Assembly: GCA_012295275.1 (NCBI GenBank)
Contig: CM022678.1
Location: 15,872,001-15,936,000, forward strand
Length of the DNA: 64,000 nucleotides
Origin: Chrysomallon squamiferum
Lineage: Eukaryota; Animalia; Mollusca
Reading direction: 5' to 3'
Below the pieces are notes generated by a model. That model did not search any database. It saw only the letters and a program-made list of their open reading frames with translations, and was not told the DNA's origin. Each line of letters opens with the position of its first letter. Within the stretch, counting starts at the first letter, position 1. The translations under genes and the position numbers were made by a program. Positions 37,238 to 51,159 of this stretch are shown here, piece after piece.

Positions 37238-40200
37238 ATGGAAGGAACAGTAACAGTGAATTCCTGTCAATGCCTGGACAAAGTCACCAACAACAGTCAG
37301 CTCCCCCTGGGGAAATAAAGTTGAAGTAGTGCCATGCTCACTGGAAGATGTAATGAGTGAGCAACTTGCATCAGAACTTGCATCACAGGAAACCAAATAT
37401 ACTGATCCTTCAGCATCAGAGAACTGGTAAATATGAAAACTTTAATTCTTTTAATTATAGTTATTATTATGAAGTCATTCATATAATAATATAGTTTAGG
37501 ATCGTACAGATAATGAGGAAGTTCCCATTTCTAACATACCATTGGTTACTGTTTTTGATTATCTGCAAGATTATTTACTGTGTAGTATTTTCTGGTTGTG
37601 TGCCTTTAGCTTGGATATTGCCAAGTGATTATCATGAGGATATTTGATTTCTGGAACAATCTCCATTCTATATCCTTGTCCTGAAATTATTGCTATACAG
37701 TCCACCATTAATAAAATATGTTTGCAATACGTACAAGCATATAAATAGGTACAGATAACAATCATGTAATACTACTTAAATAATGGACTATTACCAGAAA
37801 AATCAACAAAAATAAGAAACTAATAAACATGAAAGAAAAGTAATAAAGAAACTGAATGAAAGAATTTTGAAAAGTTCCTGCGATTACAGCAGGCTTTAAT
37901 AGTGCGTTATTTTGGTTTTAAAGTGTGGGAGCTGAATCATCTGAAGATTTGAGTTATCTTCTGACAGAACAGACAGAAGGAGACGAGTGTAATGATGAAC
38001 TGATAGCTCGCATGTTACAGCTTGAGTTTGACAGAGAACACAACGCTATATTGGCAAAAGAACAGCAGAAGTTTAATGGAACAAATAAAGGTTTCAGAAT
38101 TATTCTAACTTCTTTTTTAGATTATAAAACTGTTTGCTTTATGGTGATTTCATTTATGACATTTTTGTTAACTGATTTTTAAAAATTGTCTGTTTGTGTG
38201 TTTCACTATATATATATATATTAATCTATTATTTATCAAAAAACCAAATCAAACCCTACAAACCAACCTTTTCTGATACTGTTCAGTTTTGAGAAGTTTT
38301 TTCTAGTGTGAGTATGTGTGTTTTTCTATTTCTCACCTCTTTCTCTCGCTATACTTAAATAAATGCTACTTATTTACTAAAAACTAAATTTTAATATATA
38401 TTTTTAGTGTGCATTTCATTTGAAAACTACAAAACACTTCATCCTGCTTACGAAGAGGAAATTAATGATGATAAGCTGAAAGAACTCCTAAACAAAGAAC
38501 CAGATAAACCCAAATGGAGTAAGAAATTATTTAATTCTTTTTCCTTCATTTATATTTGACAATATTTCCATTCCTAAATATAAACCTCCCACATTATAAA
38601 CTACTAATATCATTCAAATGAATTAATACTAGTAACAAGAATAATAATAATAACAACTTCAACAATACAACCATATTATTGGTGTTATGTTGAAGAAAAC
38701 AAAACAGGGGATATAGCTTTATATAGTAATAAAATATATATGTGTATTAATACATTTTTGAAAAATGTTGTTTTAATTCATGGAAGTACAGCCAACTTCT
38801 AATAAACTGAGACTTGCCATTCCTTCTGAAAATAATAAAAAGTTTGCAAATCTCCTTTGACTGATCTAAGAACCAGAGAGAAGAATTTGATTCTGATATG
38901 CTTTTATGATACAGAAATGCTGTCAAGTTTGTTTTTTAAGCTATGCATTAAGTATTTCATATAGTTTGTGTTTTTCAATTTAAAAATGTTATAAATGTGA
39001 TAACTTTATTTATCACAGATGAAAAGACACCACAGATTGGCAGATCAGGATTTGTGTGTGATGGAAACAAAATCACAACCAAACACGACAAAGTTATATG
39101 TGGAAGAAGGAATGCAGAACGACTCATGGAGGTAAAAATCACAATTGATATATTTTCCTTTTCTTTTTTATTTGTTAACTTTTAATTTATTGTGCTAATG
39201 TATATAAATTTATTCTGAAAGGGATAATCCTTATTGTTAGTTAGGATTTATATATTTCTTTCATTTTTTTTCTTTTCTTTTTTTAACTATTCGTGTTTTA
39301 TGCTAATTATCTACCTGTATAAATAATCAGAAGGCTATAACGGAATGCTCTATGAAATCATTAGCCACATCAACAATCTACTGAGTGGGTGTAACACCTT
39401 AGAACATGATAGATGGATGTGGGTGCTTCCCATGCATCATAATGAACTGATGAAAACATTATGCAACAGATTCTGTTGTCATACAATCAATTGTAAATAG
39501 TGATGTAATTAATGTTTGGTTAAGTTCTGCACAAGTTGTTTACCAGAAGCTGTGATATGAATTTATTCATCCTTGGGAAGGCTCTTACAGAAGATCAGTT
39601 ACCTACTAGTTGATTTGAATTGTAACGTTTGTCTTGTACTGAATTAAGAAATAGTCAGTTAACAATTCATTAATTTATTTTTCAAGTAGTCTGTTCATAA
39701 TAGTAATAATATGTTCTGTTCATTATGAACTAAGAAATTATCTAAGTGTCTGTCTCTATCTCTATATCTATATATTTATCTATCTGTTTGCACTGTTCAG
39801 TGTGAACTAATAAATTATCTATCTGTCTATCTCTATCTCTATCATTATCTCTATATCTATATATCTATCTGTGGTTTTGGTGTGTGTGTGTGTGTGATCA
39901 GAATGGTATTTGCTAATTTGTTGATATTTTTCTACATTCAGTTTCCACCAGAGTTTTACAGTGGAGATGGGGAGGGGATGGACATGCAGCTGCCCAACCG
40001 TGTGTACAACTCTCTCAAAGTTCATTCAATTCGTGAAAATAACAGAGCTCAGAGACTGCATGAAAAGAAAGAGCACTCTACGGCAGTGAGTTATCTTTCC
40101 TTGAATTTAACTGAAAGAAATAATTAGGATTTGTTTTGTTAAACAGATACTTATACATATAATATTTTTATTAGCTAGAATGATGAAGTGGGTTTTCTAG

Positions 40201-41604
40201 TTATTTATTTAAGAAAAAAGATAGTAAAATAAAAAAAATTAAAAATTAAACCATTGTTAATGTTGGTTTAATTAGATAAACAGAAATGTTGGCCAAATCT
40301 GTTTTTCTAATTAAATCATAATTAAGAAAGTGATATAATTATCTAAATGAACAGTCAGAAATACTGTTGAGAAAAAATACTCAGGCATTATACAGGATGA
40401 GCAAAAACATGATTCCAATCTGCTTGAATATCTGTTTGTAACTTAATGTATCCTTACCAGTGGTCACTATGATCATATTGCCTGCTGTTCAGTGTAGAGG
40501 AAGTAAATAATTATGACTGCTGTGTCAGTTCATTAAAAATATTTGAGTTACTAATTAATTCTTCTATAAATTCAGGAACATGCAGTAGATTCCAAAACGC
40601 GACTGATGATGTACAAATTGATCAATGCTGGAATTCTGGAGTCTGTTACTGGAGCTATCAGTGGAGGCAAAGAAGCTCAAGTTTTTCATGCCTATGGTGG
40701 AGAGTATGTTAATTTTTAATATTTATATAATAAAACAATATTTTTTTAATTTCCTTTCTGTTTGGTGTTTCATGTCTTGCTTTAATTTAATTATTTTTCA
40801 AACTGTTTGAAAAGGAATGAATAAAACACACATAAGTAGTAAAGTTAAGTCACATAAAAAGTTTTTAAAAAGTGGATATATATATACACATGCATAACCA
40901 TTCTACCATTACCATTCAAAGGGAGACAACTTGAAAAAGTTTAATAATTTTATCTTATTACTGAAAACTATGTAAAAGAAAATAATAAAATAATAATAAT
41001 AATAATAATAATAAAAATAAATAAAAATAATGATAATAATTTTAAAACTGTGACTATGTCATAGTAATGGACACAAAGCAAACAGAATAGATGTAATTAA
41101 TATTTTTGTTTAAACATAAAAACTGAAATGAGTGTGGTGTTCTAAATATTTATCCTGCAACAAAATTTATTTTGTTTATTATTAGGGTTGAAAATAAATC
41201 GTTGCCAAGTGAGTGTGCACTAAAAGTGTACAAGACAACTTTAAATGAGTTTAAAAACCGCGAGAAGTACGTACATGGAGACAGACGTTTCTTTAGAGAT
41301 GACTTCAAGAAAGCTAACCCAAGAAAAATAATGAAGATATGGGCAGAGAAAGAAGCCTACAATTTAAACAGGTAATATAACTAGTAACTATTACTGTCTA
41401 GAAAGAAAGTACATAATATATTTATATTTATCTTAATTTAAAAAAAAATAGTTTTTCTTGATTAACAAAATAATAATAAAAGTTAAAATGAAATAGGATT
41501 TTAAACATAATTAATGAATTATATTATCTAAAAGCTGACTTTCTTTTTATACACATTTAATTTTTTTAATTTCAGTTTTTAATTTATTATTTTCTTATTA
41601 TTAT

Positions 41605-41639
<35 letters not shown>

Positions 41640-44271
41640 TTAGGAAAGTTAGGTATTACTGGATAAAATATCTTTAATTTTGTTATGAATGTTTCAGAAT
41701 GAAGAAGTTTTCTGTGCCCTGTCCATCAGTTGTGGTTTTGAAGAAACATGTCTTGGTGATGTCTTTCATCGGCAAAAACGGACAGCCTGCTCCAAAACTG
41801 AAGGAGGCCATTTTGTCACCAGAAAAATGGCAGGATGCATTTGATCAGACAGTGCAGGTAAGAGAAAGCAGAAAACAAAGTCATATTTTGTTTCAAAAAA
41901 TCATAAACTGACAATATACAGTACTAAGTTTTCAAATCTTCACTTGTGTTTTAGTATTTGTAGTAGAATTAGCATTAACATGAATCTGTATGTTGGTTAA
42001 TTTTGCTTGTAAAGAATTTTTAATGATCTATGAATAAGTCATATACTTCCAGGCTATAGATGTATTCATCACAGGACCTTAATCTTTGTTACTAATAAAG
42101 TTTGATGGTAACATATATTAATGAATCTATTAATGTTGAATTACATATGACCTTTTCCATTAAACAGTAAGTTGTTCTAGAAAATGAAATCACAACATTA
42201 AATATACATAGCTAAAAACTGAATTTAAATCATAATCATTAAATTAAAAAGTAAATCATAGGGTGTGGTATTTTTTAAAATTATGTTTCAATATATTTCC
42301 TTCAAGTATGGTGATCATAGTGTTTTTGATTTTATGGAAATGAAGTATCTAAAAAGTGGTGTCAGAGATGGATATACATGAATATTTATCATTGGTTATT
42401 GAGATGAATATTCATGAAAATTACAATAATATTCGAGAATATTCATATCACTGGTCATGAATATTATTGTAATTTTCAGATACTATAATTTAATGGAAAT
42501 ACATTGATTTTCATGTTTTGTAATTTTCAGATTATGAAGAAGTTGCAGACTGGGTGTGGGTTGGTTCATGCTGATCTCAGTGAGTTTAACATGCTGTGGC
42601 ATGACAACACTGTGTTTGTCATTGACGTCAGCCAGGCAGTAGACTTGATGCATCCGAAGGCAATGGAGTTCTTGTACAGAGATTGTTACAATGTGTACAA
42701 GGTAAACTATTAATATGTCAAAAATAGAAAATACTTCACATTATACTGAGTGGAGTTCTTGTACAGAGATTGTTACAATGTGTACAAGGTAAACTATTAA
42801 TATGTCAAAAATAGAAAATATTTTATATTAGTGGAGTTCTTGTACAGAGATTTTTGGATATACAAGTAAATATTAATTTCAAAAATTGAAAATACTTCAT
42901 GTTTTATTGAGTGGAGTTTTTTAGATTGTTACAATATGTACAATAAACTTTTAATGTTCAAAAATAGAAAATACTTCATGTTTATTTTCTTTTTGTTACA
43001 ATATGTACAATAAATATTTAATGTGTCAAAAATAGAAAATTTTCATTTTTATTTTTAGTTTTTTACAGAGATTGTTACAATTTTACAAGGTAAACTATTT
43101 TATGTCAAAAATTTTATTATATTGAAAGGAGTTTTTGTACAGAGATTTTTACAGTGTCCCTGGTAAACTATCAAATGTCAAAAATACTGTTTAACATTGA
43201 AATCAGTGAAGTTCTTGTATAAATTATTCTATGTCAAAAGAGAATATTTAATATTATGTTGCACATTGTTGGATATAGATTTTGTTTAAGTTGGAATATT
43301 ATTTTTTATTTTTTTTATGCCTAATATATTTACTTTTTAATTTTTTGTATAGATTATTTTATTTTATTTTATTACATATATTTATGTATTTTATTTTTAT
43401 TTTTATTTTTATTATTCTTTTTCACTGTTTTAGTTTTTTGACAAGAAAGGGGTACCCAATGTCCCTGGACCAGAGAAACTGTTTAATGAAATCACTGGTC
43501 TAGATATACACGAGGAACAGGACCAGATTTTGTTGCACAGGTAAGGACCATTACAAAGATGTCATTTTGTTTTATTTGATAAAAACACCTTTGTCAGGAA
43601 CATACATATTTATATATATGGAGTTTTGGGTTTTGTGGCAGATTTAAAAATTTTGTTTTTACCAAGTTTTGTTGAAAAGGTTAACTGCTTTTACATATTA
43701 CTTTTGTTTTCATATATTATATTTTGATCATTTAAAAAAAAAAAAAAAAAAATTATAATGTATATTAAGATTTATATTAAAACATTTTTTATTTTTTAAT
43801 CCTATTAATATTTGTATTTTATTATTGATTATTTTGTTGGTTTAATGTTTTGTTTATACTGAGTATTTTAATCATTGTTATTTTGATATTAATATTAATT
43901 ACAGTAATATTTATATCTTTGTATTCCATATTACTCCCCTTTTTATAACAATTCAAATTTGTGAATTTAAAAAAACAAAAAAACAAAATTTCTAAAATAA
44001 TATTGTGTATCTGATTACCAGTCTAGTTTATTATTTCAGATTATTACACTGCAAATTACAGAACAATAAAAAATATATTTATATTTAATACATTTTTATT
44101 TAGGTTCAGCGTTGTGACACAGAAAGGAAGAATGTCACTGAAAGCTACAGTAACAAATACAAGGAATATGCCTTTGACTATTTCTTCGATATTTCGCTGT
44201 CAGAAAGATCAGCAGCTCTTGACAAGATAGTTCTTTCCGACAGTGATGAAGAAGCAGCAGACGCCAGGTGA
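37238..44271 (+). CDS. RIOK3: Serine/threonine-protein kinase RIO3, 11 coding exons, two apparent frameshifting indels
   Basis: Exons 37238-37426, 37924-38090, 38408-38518, 39019-39131, 39942-40085, 40576-40703, 41186-41371, 41698-41857, 42531-42701, 43434-43540 and 44104-44271. RIO3-type N-terminus CSLEDVMSEQLA, LIARMLQLEFDREH, TTKHD..CGRRN; kinase motifs SGGKEA, KVYKTTLNEFK, WAEKE, LVHADLSEFNML, IDVSQAV. Confidence 0.95.
42664..43245 (+). repeat. Degenerating tandem repeat (about 80-87 bp, about 8 copies) containing the 3' end and splice donor of RIOK3 exon 9
   Basis: TGGAGTTCTTGTACAGAGATTGTTACAATGTGTACAAG|GTAAACTATTAATATGTCAAAAATAGAAAATA at 42664 is repeated identically at 42751, followed by progressively decayed copies. 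Confidence 0.9.
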
Positions 44272-45172
44272 AAACAGGCTTCTGTAACACTATTATTGAT
44301 TGGTTGTTTGAAGATGTTTTCTTCATTGTGATTGGTCAGTTAATAAGAATTGATTATTGTGATTGGAAAGCTAACAAGTATTCATAATTCTCCATTGGTA
44401 GGCTAGAAAAGTTTTTTGTTATAACTGGTCAACTGTATAGGATGTTCATCCTAGTGATTGGAATGTTACTGAATTTGAGCATAGGAGTGTTGCTAATTGA
44501 GATTGGTCAGTTCTGGTTTGGTATCTAAAATAGAGCAGTTTCAATACAGATAGGGTTTTTCAATGGTTCTTCTTCAGATTTATTATAACAAAATATATTA
44601 TGTTACACAAAAAATTGGATAAATTTAAATTTTCTTTCTCTCTATTTTGACATAGAAAACCAAGGTAAGCATAAAATGGGGTTTAATATTAACATGGATT
44701 TTAAAAATCAATTTATGAATGTGTTGTAAAATAACAAAGATAAAATCAGCTATAGAATGAAATAATTATTAAAAACAAGCTATGTTTAATATTGGGATTT
44801 TTATATTTTTCTGAAGATGATCAAAAATCCTATTGTTACATATGAAGTGAACACTGAGTATGTAATAGTGCCTTTATATTATAAGCACTGCAAGAAAGGA
44901 GTCCATCTTAATAAAATGAACAGTAATCATATTGTTCATATTTTGTGGGTTTTTTTTTTTTTCTGGGCATTTAGTTATGATGTATTTAAACATGAAAACT
45001 GTGATTTTAGTACAGCCAGGGAAACCTATAAGAAACCACTGTAACAAAGTTTTTTTATTTGTGTTGCATCTAAACATTCACTTACCACAAAAATTTTCAT
45101 AAATTATTATATCTAAACATGGAAATATGAAATTTAACCAGGTGGAGTTATTTTATATAGATTTAAAAATAA

Positions 45173-45203
<31 letters not shown>

Positions 45204-45776
45204 AACCTGCAGATTCTCTCTAGTATTGTGAATTAACATTTAAGAACCTTACAGCTTTTAAAAAAATATATATATCATTATTATATGAACTGTTTTGTTA
45301 TGTTTTTTTTTAAATCAAATATTTTATATATCAAATGATGTTTATTTTTAAGACATTATTTGTGCAATAAAATAATTGTTCTTATTCAGTTTTCTGTTGT
45401 ACCTTTTATTTAATTTTGTTTGTTTGTTGATGTCCCTCTATTCATTATAACTGAAGCATCGCCTTTATTACAATTACTGCTCATTATATTTGGTAAAGAT
45501 GAGTGATTCAAGCTAAATATTTTATTTTTCAACAATGAAGTTAAAGAAGTAAACACTTGTAATACGTTTTTTATATATTTTATTATACAAATATATATAA
45601 AAATAATTTGTCTCCAATCATTCTATTTTCTGTTGTTTTGTTTTTTTAACTATTAACATCTTTGTTTTGTTATCACATAGTTATCAATTTTTTAAAACTT
45701 TGTACACTGTCATTGTTTTGTTTTGTTTTGTTTTTATTTTTTTATTTTTGGGTAATTTTGTGAAAGAATTTTCAAA

Positions 45777-48700
45777 TTATGGTTTTAATTTTGGTTCTCC
45801 AGCAACTATCTGTGATTCAATGCCACATTCATCATTTCCTCTCAGAATTTTGAAGAATCCTGAAAAAGGAATAAAAGGAAATCAACAAATTCATTTAAAG
45901 AATTAAAAAAAAAAATTTAAAAAAAGGAAAGGTGAATAAATTATTAGAAGACAAATTAATATTTTATTTTTCACATTTTTAAAAAAAACATTTTCAAGAG
46001 TAAGTAAATAAAAACTTGATGGTTCATGAATTAAAACATTTGACCAGTATCAAAAATTGTTTAAAAAAATGTTGTGAGTTATTTTTGAGGCTTATCATAT
46101 CAAGAAGATTTACCATTATCACCCCAGTCGCTGTTCCAGGAGTTGGCAACCAGCCAGTACTTGGTTCCATCCTCCACACCGTAACCCATCATCTTAACAG
46201 CATGTCCACCCAGAGCTTCTCCTGATGTGTGCTGATACACACCTGCAATTAAAAAACACATTTAAATGTTAACTATCACCGGGTTTGAACTGCTGACGTC
46301 GCTTTCTGGTAATGAACAACTATAGACCAAGTGTGTGTGTGTGTGGTCTAGTAAAGTCCCTTTGCCATCAGCTATATTTTACATAATGCCAAATTATTAT
46401 TTTTTTTGTATCTTTGTATCTTCAGGGGTTTTAATTATTTTTTCTTTTGTTTTTTTAAATTATAAAAGAAATAGTCAATATAAAATCTTCCTTTTTCATA
46501 TTTATCAAGGAAATAGTCAAAATTATATTCTACATTTCTGCAAATACCTTTTTAATATATATTTGCCCCCCAATACTTAGTATACATAAGCTTGCCATTC
46601 AGTACTAATAATAACACCAAGATTAATAGAATGAAAAAGAAAATCAATGGTAAGGTTTCTCAGATTTTGTGAACATGTTAAAGCTTTTTGTTTTAAAATA
46701 AATACAAGATGTTGTTACCTGACTTGTAAGTGAGGAAATCTTGGTATACAGTGAAAGCTGCCTCCACTGGTCCTTTTGTGTACAGCTCAGTCATAATGTC
46801 TGTTTCTCCCTCTACTCCATAGGGTTGATGTCCTGATCATTAAAAATAAATTATATATTCTTTTGTGTGCATATATACAGATTTTTGGAGGTTTTTTTGC
46901 TTATATAAATTATATATGTGTATGTTTACATAGTGTTGGAATGTGTATGTGTCTATAAGCTATCTTTACTTGTCTGTGTGCATAATTAATATAAAATATA
47001 TAAATAACCAGTTATATTTATTATTATATATGTCGCCCTTTTTTAAAAAAATAATATACTTTGAATTAACACAAATCTTTTATATAAATGTGTATAAGTT
47101 GTTAAAATTATTAATTATCATCAATGTATAAAATTACATTTAATTGATATATAATTTGTTTTATTTTACTTATTTATTTACAAATTTTACAATTTACAAT
47201 TTTTTTTTTAAAAGTCACTCCCACCGTAATGTTTGTCCTGTTCAAATGTTTTGTTATATCCAGCCTCACACTTGTGAGAACAGGGTGGGGTCCTTGCATC
47301 ACCCTTGCAGGGAGGTTTGGATCCAGGGACGTGATGATCACACTGTGGAAGTTCATATGGCTGACAGCCCTGCAGAAAATCAATGTTTAAAATACTGAGT
47401 TATTAACATCTGGATGTCCAGTATCGTTAGTATTAGACTGCAACACTGGTCATGCAATATCCTTAGTTCAAGATATGCAAAATGTTCAATATCCTTAGTA
47501 CTAGACCCACAAAATATCATGCAATATCCTTAGTACAAGATTTGCAAAATGTTCAATATCCTTATACTAGATTCACAAAACAGGTTTTGAAATGGGAAGA
47601 TTAAATTACGCTGTGTAATAAAGAAAACTTGCAGACATTTTAGTGTGTTCAGTGTGCCTGTTAAAAATTACCTGTTTTGTTCCATACTCCCCACCAGTGA
47701 CAAGCCCAACTAAACGATAGTACTCCCAAGCAGCCCGTGGATATCCACCATTGCATCTGTAAATATAAATTAGAAATATATACACACACACAGACAGACA
47801 GACAGATAGAACACACACACATTCATAAACACACATTCCTATTCACACACACATTTATAAACATACATATACACGTACATATATATATTGATATACACAT
47901 GTACATACCCATCATATCCATACATTTACATAATGGTACACACTCACATTTTAATACGCATTTTAATACCCATTGTTTAATGTTTTTGTTATCCTTACGT
48001 CTGTATTAAAGTTTCTAATTATGAACAAAAGAAATAATCACCCCATTCCACAGGTATGACAGCAGGTCATCATCTGTTCAGATGAAAGGTGTGCATTCCG
48101 CTGTCCATTTGATGCAATGCAGATTCTGTCACTCATAGCTTCCACTGCACCAAAAGCCTGGGTTAGATTATAAAGAAATTATTAGATTTAAAATAATTTT
48201 GACATACACTAATTGAACATTTCATATATATATGTATGTATGTATGTAGGTATGTGTGTATATATATATATATATATCTATATATGTTTATATGTATGTA
48301 TATATGACTGTGTTGTGTATATATGAGTGTGTATCTGTGTATATGTGTAAGTGTGTGTGTGTGGATGTAGATAAACATTCATATATGCATTATACATAAA
48401 TATATATATATATGTATGTATGTATGGGAATGATATCAACAAATCAACAGAAATAAATCTTTGTTATTGTTATCATCATGGATTCATATCAGCATGACAG
48501 GTAGATGTTTAAATACAACCTGTTTTACAAAGCCATGATTTAAATCGGTAAAACATCTAAAAAAGTTTACTATTGTTTGGTCTACACACCCAGCATGATC
48601 CACAGTTAGACTGATCTCTGACTTCTCTCAAAGTGGGACAATTCGACCACTTTGTCCGTGGGTCGAAGCTGTCTGGAAGGTTCTCTACCTTGTTACCAAG

Positions 48701-49221
48701 AAATGACTTCCTTGGCAGTTCCCGAGTAAACTTCTCCGAGCCTTCAAGCACACCACACAGGTTTTTGTAGAAACTCAGTGGAGTGTCTTCTGGCATGTAC
48801 TGGAAGTTCCGACCTGCCTGAAATTTTTTTAACAGCATTAAGGGTTAATAGAAGTTCTTATAATATATGTCTGTGATTCATCTCTCTGGGCAATTCAGTT
48901 TTCATGAAGGTTAATTTAATTTTCAAAACTGAAACTGACATCCATTAAAATGTTAGACACAGGTCAGAAAAAAAAAAAAAAAAAAATTACAGACATACAA
49001 ATGTCTTCTTCTATTTATTTTCAATTATCATTATTATTATTTCTTCTTTTCCTTTATTTTTTTTTAAATTTTTGTTCATATCTGCTTACCTTCCATGTAG
49101 TCTTCAAACCATTCACATAGTTAATGATTTTCTCAAAGTCTGGTTTCCTCTTATCAAACTTGTTTCTAGGAATGGCTAGGACAGACACAGCCACAAAAGA
49201 AAAAACCAGTAAAACCTTCAT
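45777..49221 (-). CDS. CTSB: Cathepsin B precursor, 343 aa, 8 coding exons, complete
   Basis: Exons 49221-49090, 48817-48590, 48157-48042, 47756-47672, 47369-47225, 46832-46719, 46242-46114 and 45859-45777 are all phase-consistent. Signal peptide, propeptide, [10 protein letters not shown] (catalytic Cys), occluding loop CDHHV, GGHAV (His) and NSWNSDWG (Asn). Confidence 0.97.
46274..46332 (-). mobile_element. Possible degenerate tRNA-derived SINE head in a CTSB intron
   Basis: The minus strand shows A-box-like TGGTCTATAGTTG and B-box-like GTTCAAACCCGG about 25 nt apart; no intact cloverleaf. Confidence 0.3.
47450..47580. repeat. Roughly 32-bp (dimeric about 65-bp) intronic minisatellite
   Basis: caatatcctt(ag)t units occur four times. 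Confidence 0.8.
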
Positions 49222-51159
49222 TCTGAATCTGTAAATGACAGAAAAGAAAAACCAGTTAGGTTTAAAATAATACTCATCTCTTGGTTCAAGATAACTGCTG
49301 GTCAGAGGCATACTGCATTACTTCCCCTTATGCGAGAAATGTTTGGGTTTTTTTTGTTAGAATTGTTATTACAATGGTGTGATGGGGTAGTAATAATACT
49401 CATTGCTGTTGTAACAGTAGGAGTCATTGTACTGTTAGTATAGTACTGGTTGTAGTTGTAGTATTTAGAAATTGTCACAGTAGTTGCATAATAATATTAG
49501 TAATACTGTAAAAATAGTGTTCTAAGTGACCTCAGTACCATTGTAGCTAAGAGTAACTGTTACTGTAGCAACATAATTCAATAGTGGGGTATTAAAGCAA
49601 ACAAGTTGTTGAATTATAACTAGTAACATACTAGTAGAACATTAGTTATCCAGTAATAGCAATAATAGCAGAGGTAAAACAGTATACTAGTAATAGCAGC
49701 GTCATTCTAGTAGAAGCAACATTAACAGTAGTAGTAGTTGTAGCAGCAGCGTTAACAAATACTAGTAATAGCAACAACATCAGCATTAGCAAGTACTAGT
49801 AATAGCAGTAGCATCAGCATTAACTGTAACAGTGGAGTAGCAGCAGCAACATCAGCACAGTGTCAGTATTTAATTCAACATTTCAATGTCATATCTAAAT
49901 ATGGTTAATGCTGAGAAAATCACATTACATACCTACAGGATATCCATGTCAAACCCTACAAACCAGAGCAACAAAACTGAATAATATCAGATGAAAACAT
50001 CTGTAGGTTAAGAAGTGAAAACCAACCCAAAAACATTAATGTCATTTTAACTGATTTTGGCAGACAAGATTTTTAGTATGCCTATATTAACAGTAACTTT
50101 CAAATGTTTCATGCATGCATGCTTCAGTTATAAATGTTACATATTTTAACTTCTCCTGTGTTTAGAGTGAATGCTTTAAAGATCACAACAATCGCTGATT
50201 TATAACAGAATTTCACAGTCACACATCACTTTAGCACATGACTGAACAAAAAACAAACAAAAGACGAACGAAAGACAAACAAAAAATTAATGGAGTTAAA
50301 CATAAGCATTACACCCATTTGTACCATTTATTTTGAGGAATTAATATTAAATTTCTATTTATATAATATGTAAAAAAATACATCATTGTAGTGGGAGATC
50401 GTTAAGTGATCAGATATTGAAATTAATTCGTTTGAGAGCTAACATGATAGATATAGGATGATCAAGATAATCTCTCTAACAAAATCCAGTAAAACTGTAA
50501 TATGTTAAAATAATACCACAGTGGTCAAACCATGTTTTCTACACAGCATAGCATACAAGGTAAACATAAAAAGTACTGTATTCAGTTTAAAGTAGTATCT
50601 TGAATAAAGATAAAAAATAAAAAAAATAAAACATTTTTTTTTTAAAATATACATGAAAATAATTAAATATATATATATATATATATCATTTTCCCTTCTT
50701 ACTCAATTTTATTTTTTTATTTATTTTTTATTTATTTAATGCAAGCCTGAAAGCAAGTACAAAAGGATAAAATACATGATTTCCTTCAGCAACAGGTTTT
50801 AAGATTTTAAAAATATGTTGACCTATGACTGTCGGACTAAAAACAAAATGTTTTTAAAAGATGACAATAAAATATAATAATAATAACTGTTGTAATAACA
50901 AAAAAAGTAGTAAGTAATAATAATAATATTAGTTGTTGTATTAATAACAGGAGGGTAATAGTAGTGTTGGTTGTGATAGTAATAGTTGTAGTAATAATAA
51001 GTTATATTTGGTATAATAATACAGTAATAATAATAAATATAATTTTAGTAGTAGAAGTACTAGCAGGAATAGAAACAGTAATCATAATTATATTTAACAT
51101 AGGTGTTGTAATAAAAGTAGTGTTAAATCATAATAATAAACATTTCACGTAAATATAAT

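Noticed and set aside
40660-40680. RIOK3 P-loop reads SGGKEA rather than STGKE[S/A]
   Set aside because: A single substitution with all other catalytic motifs intact; not enough to claim a pseudokinase.
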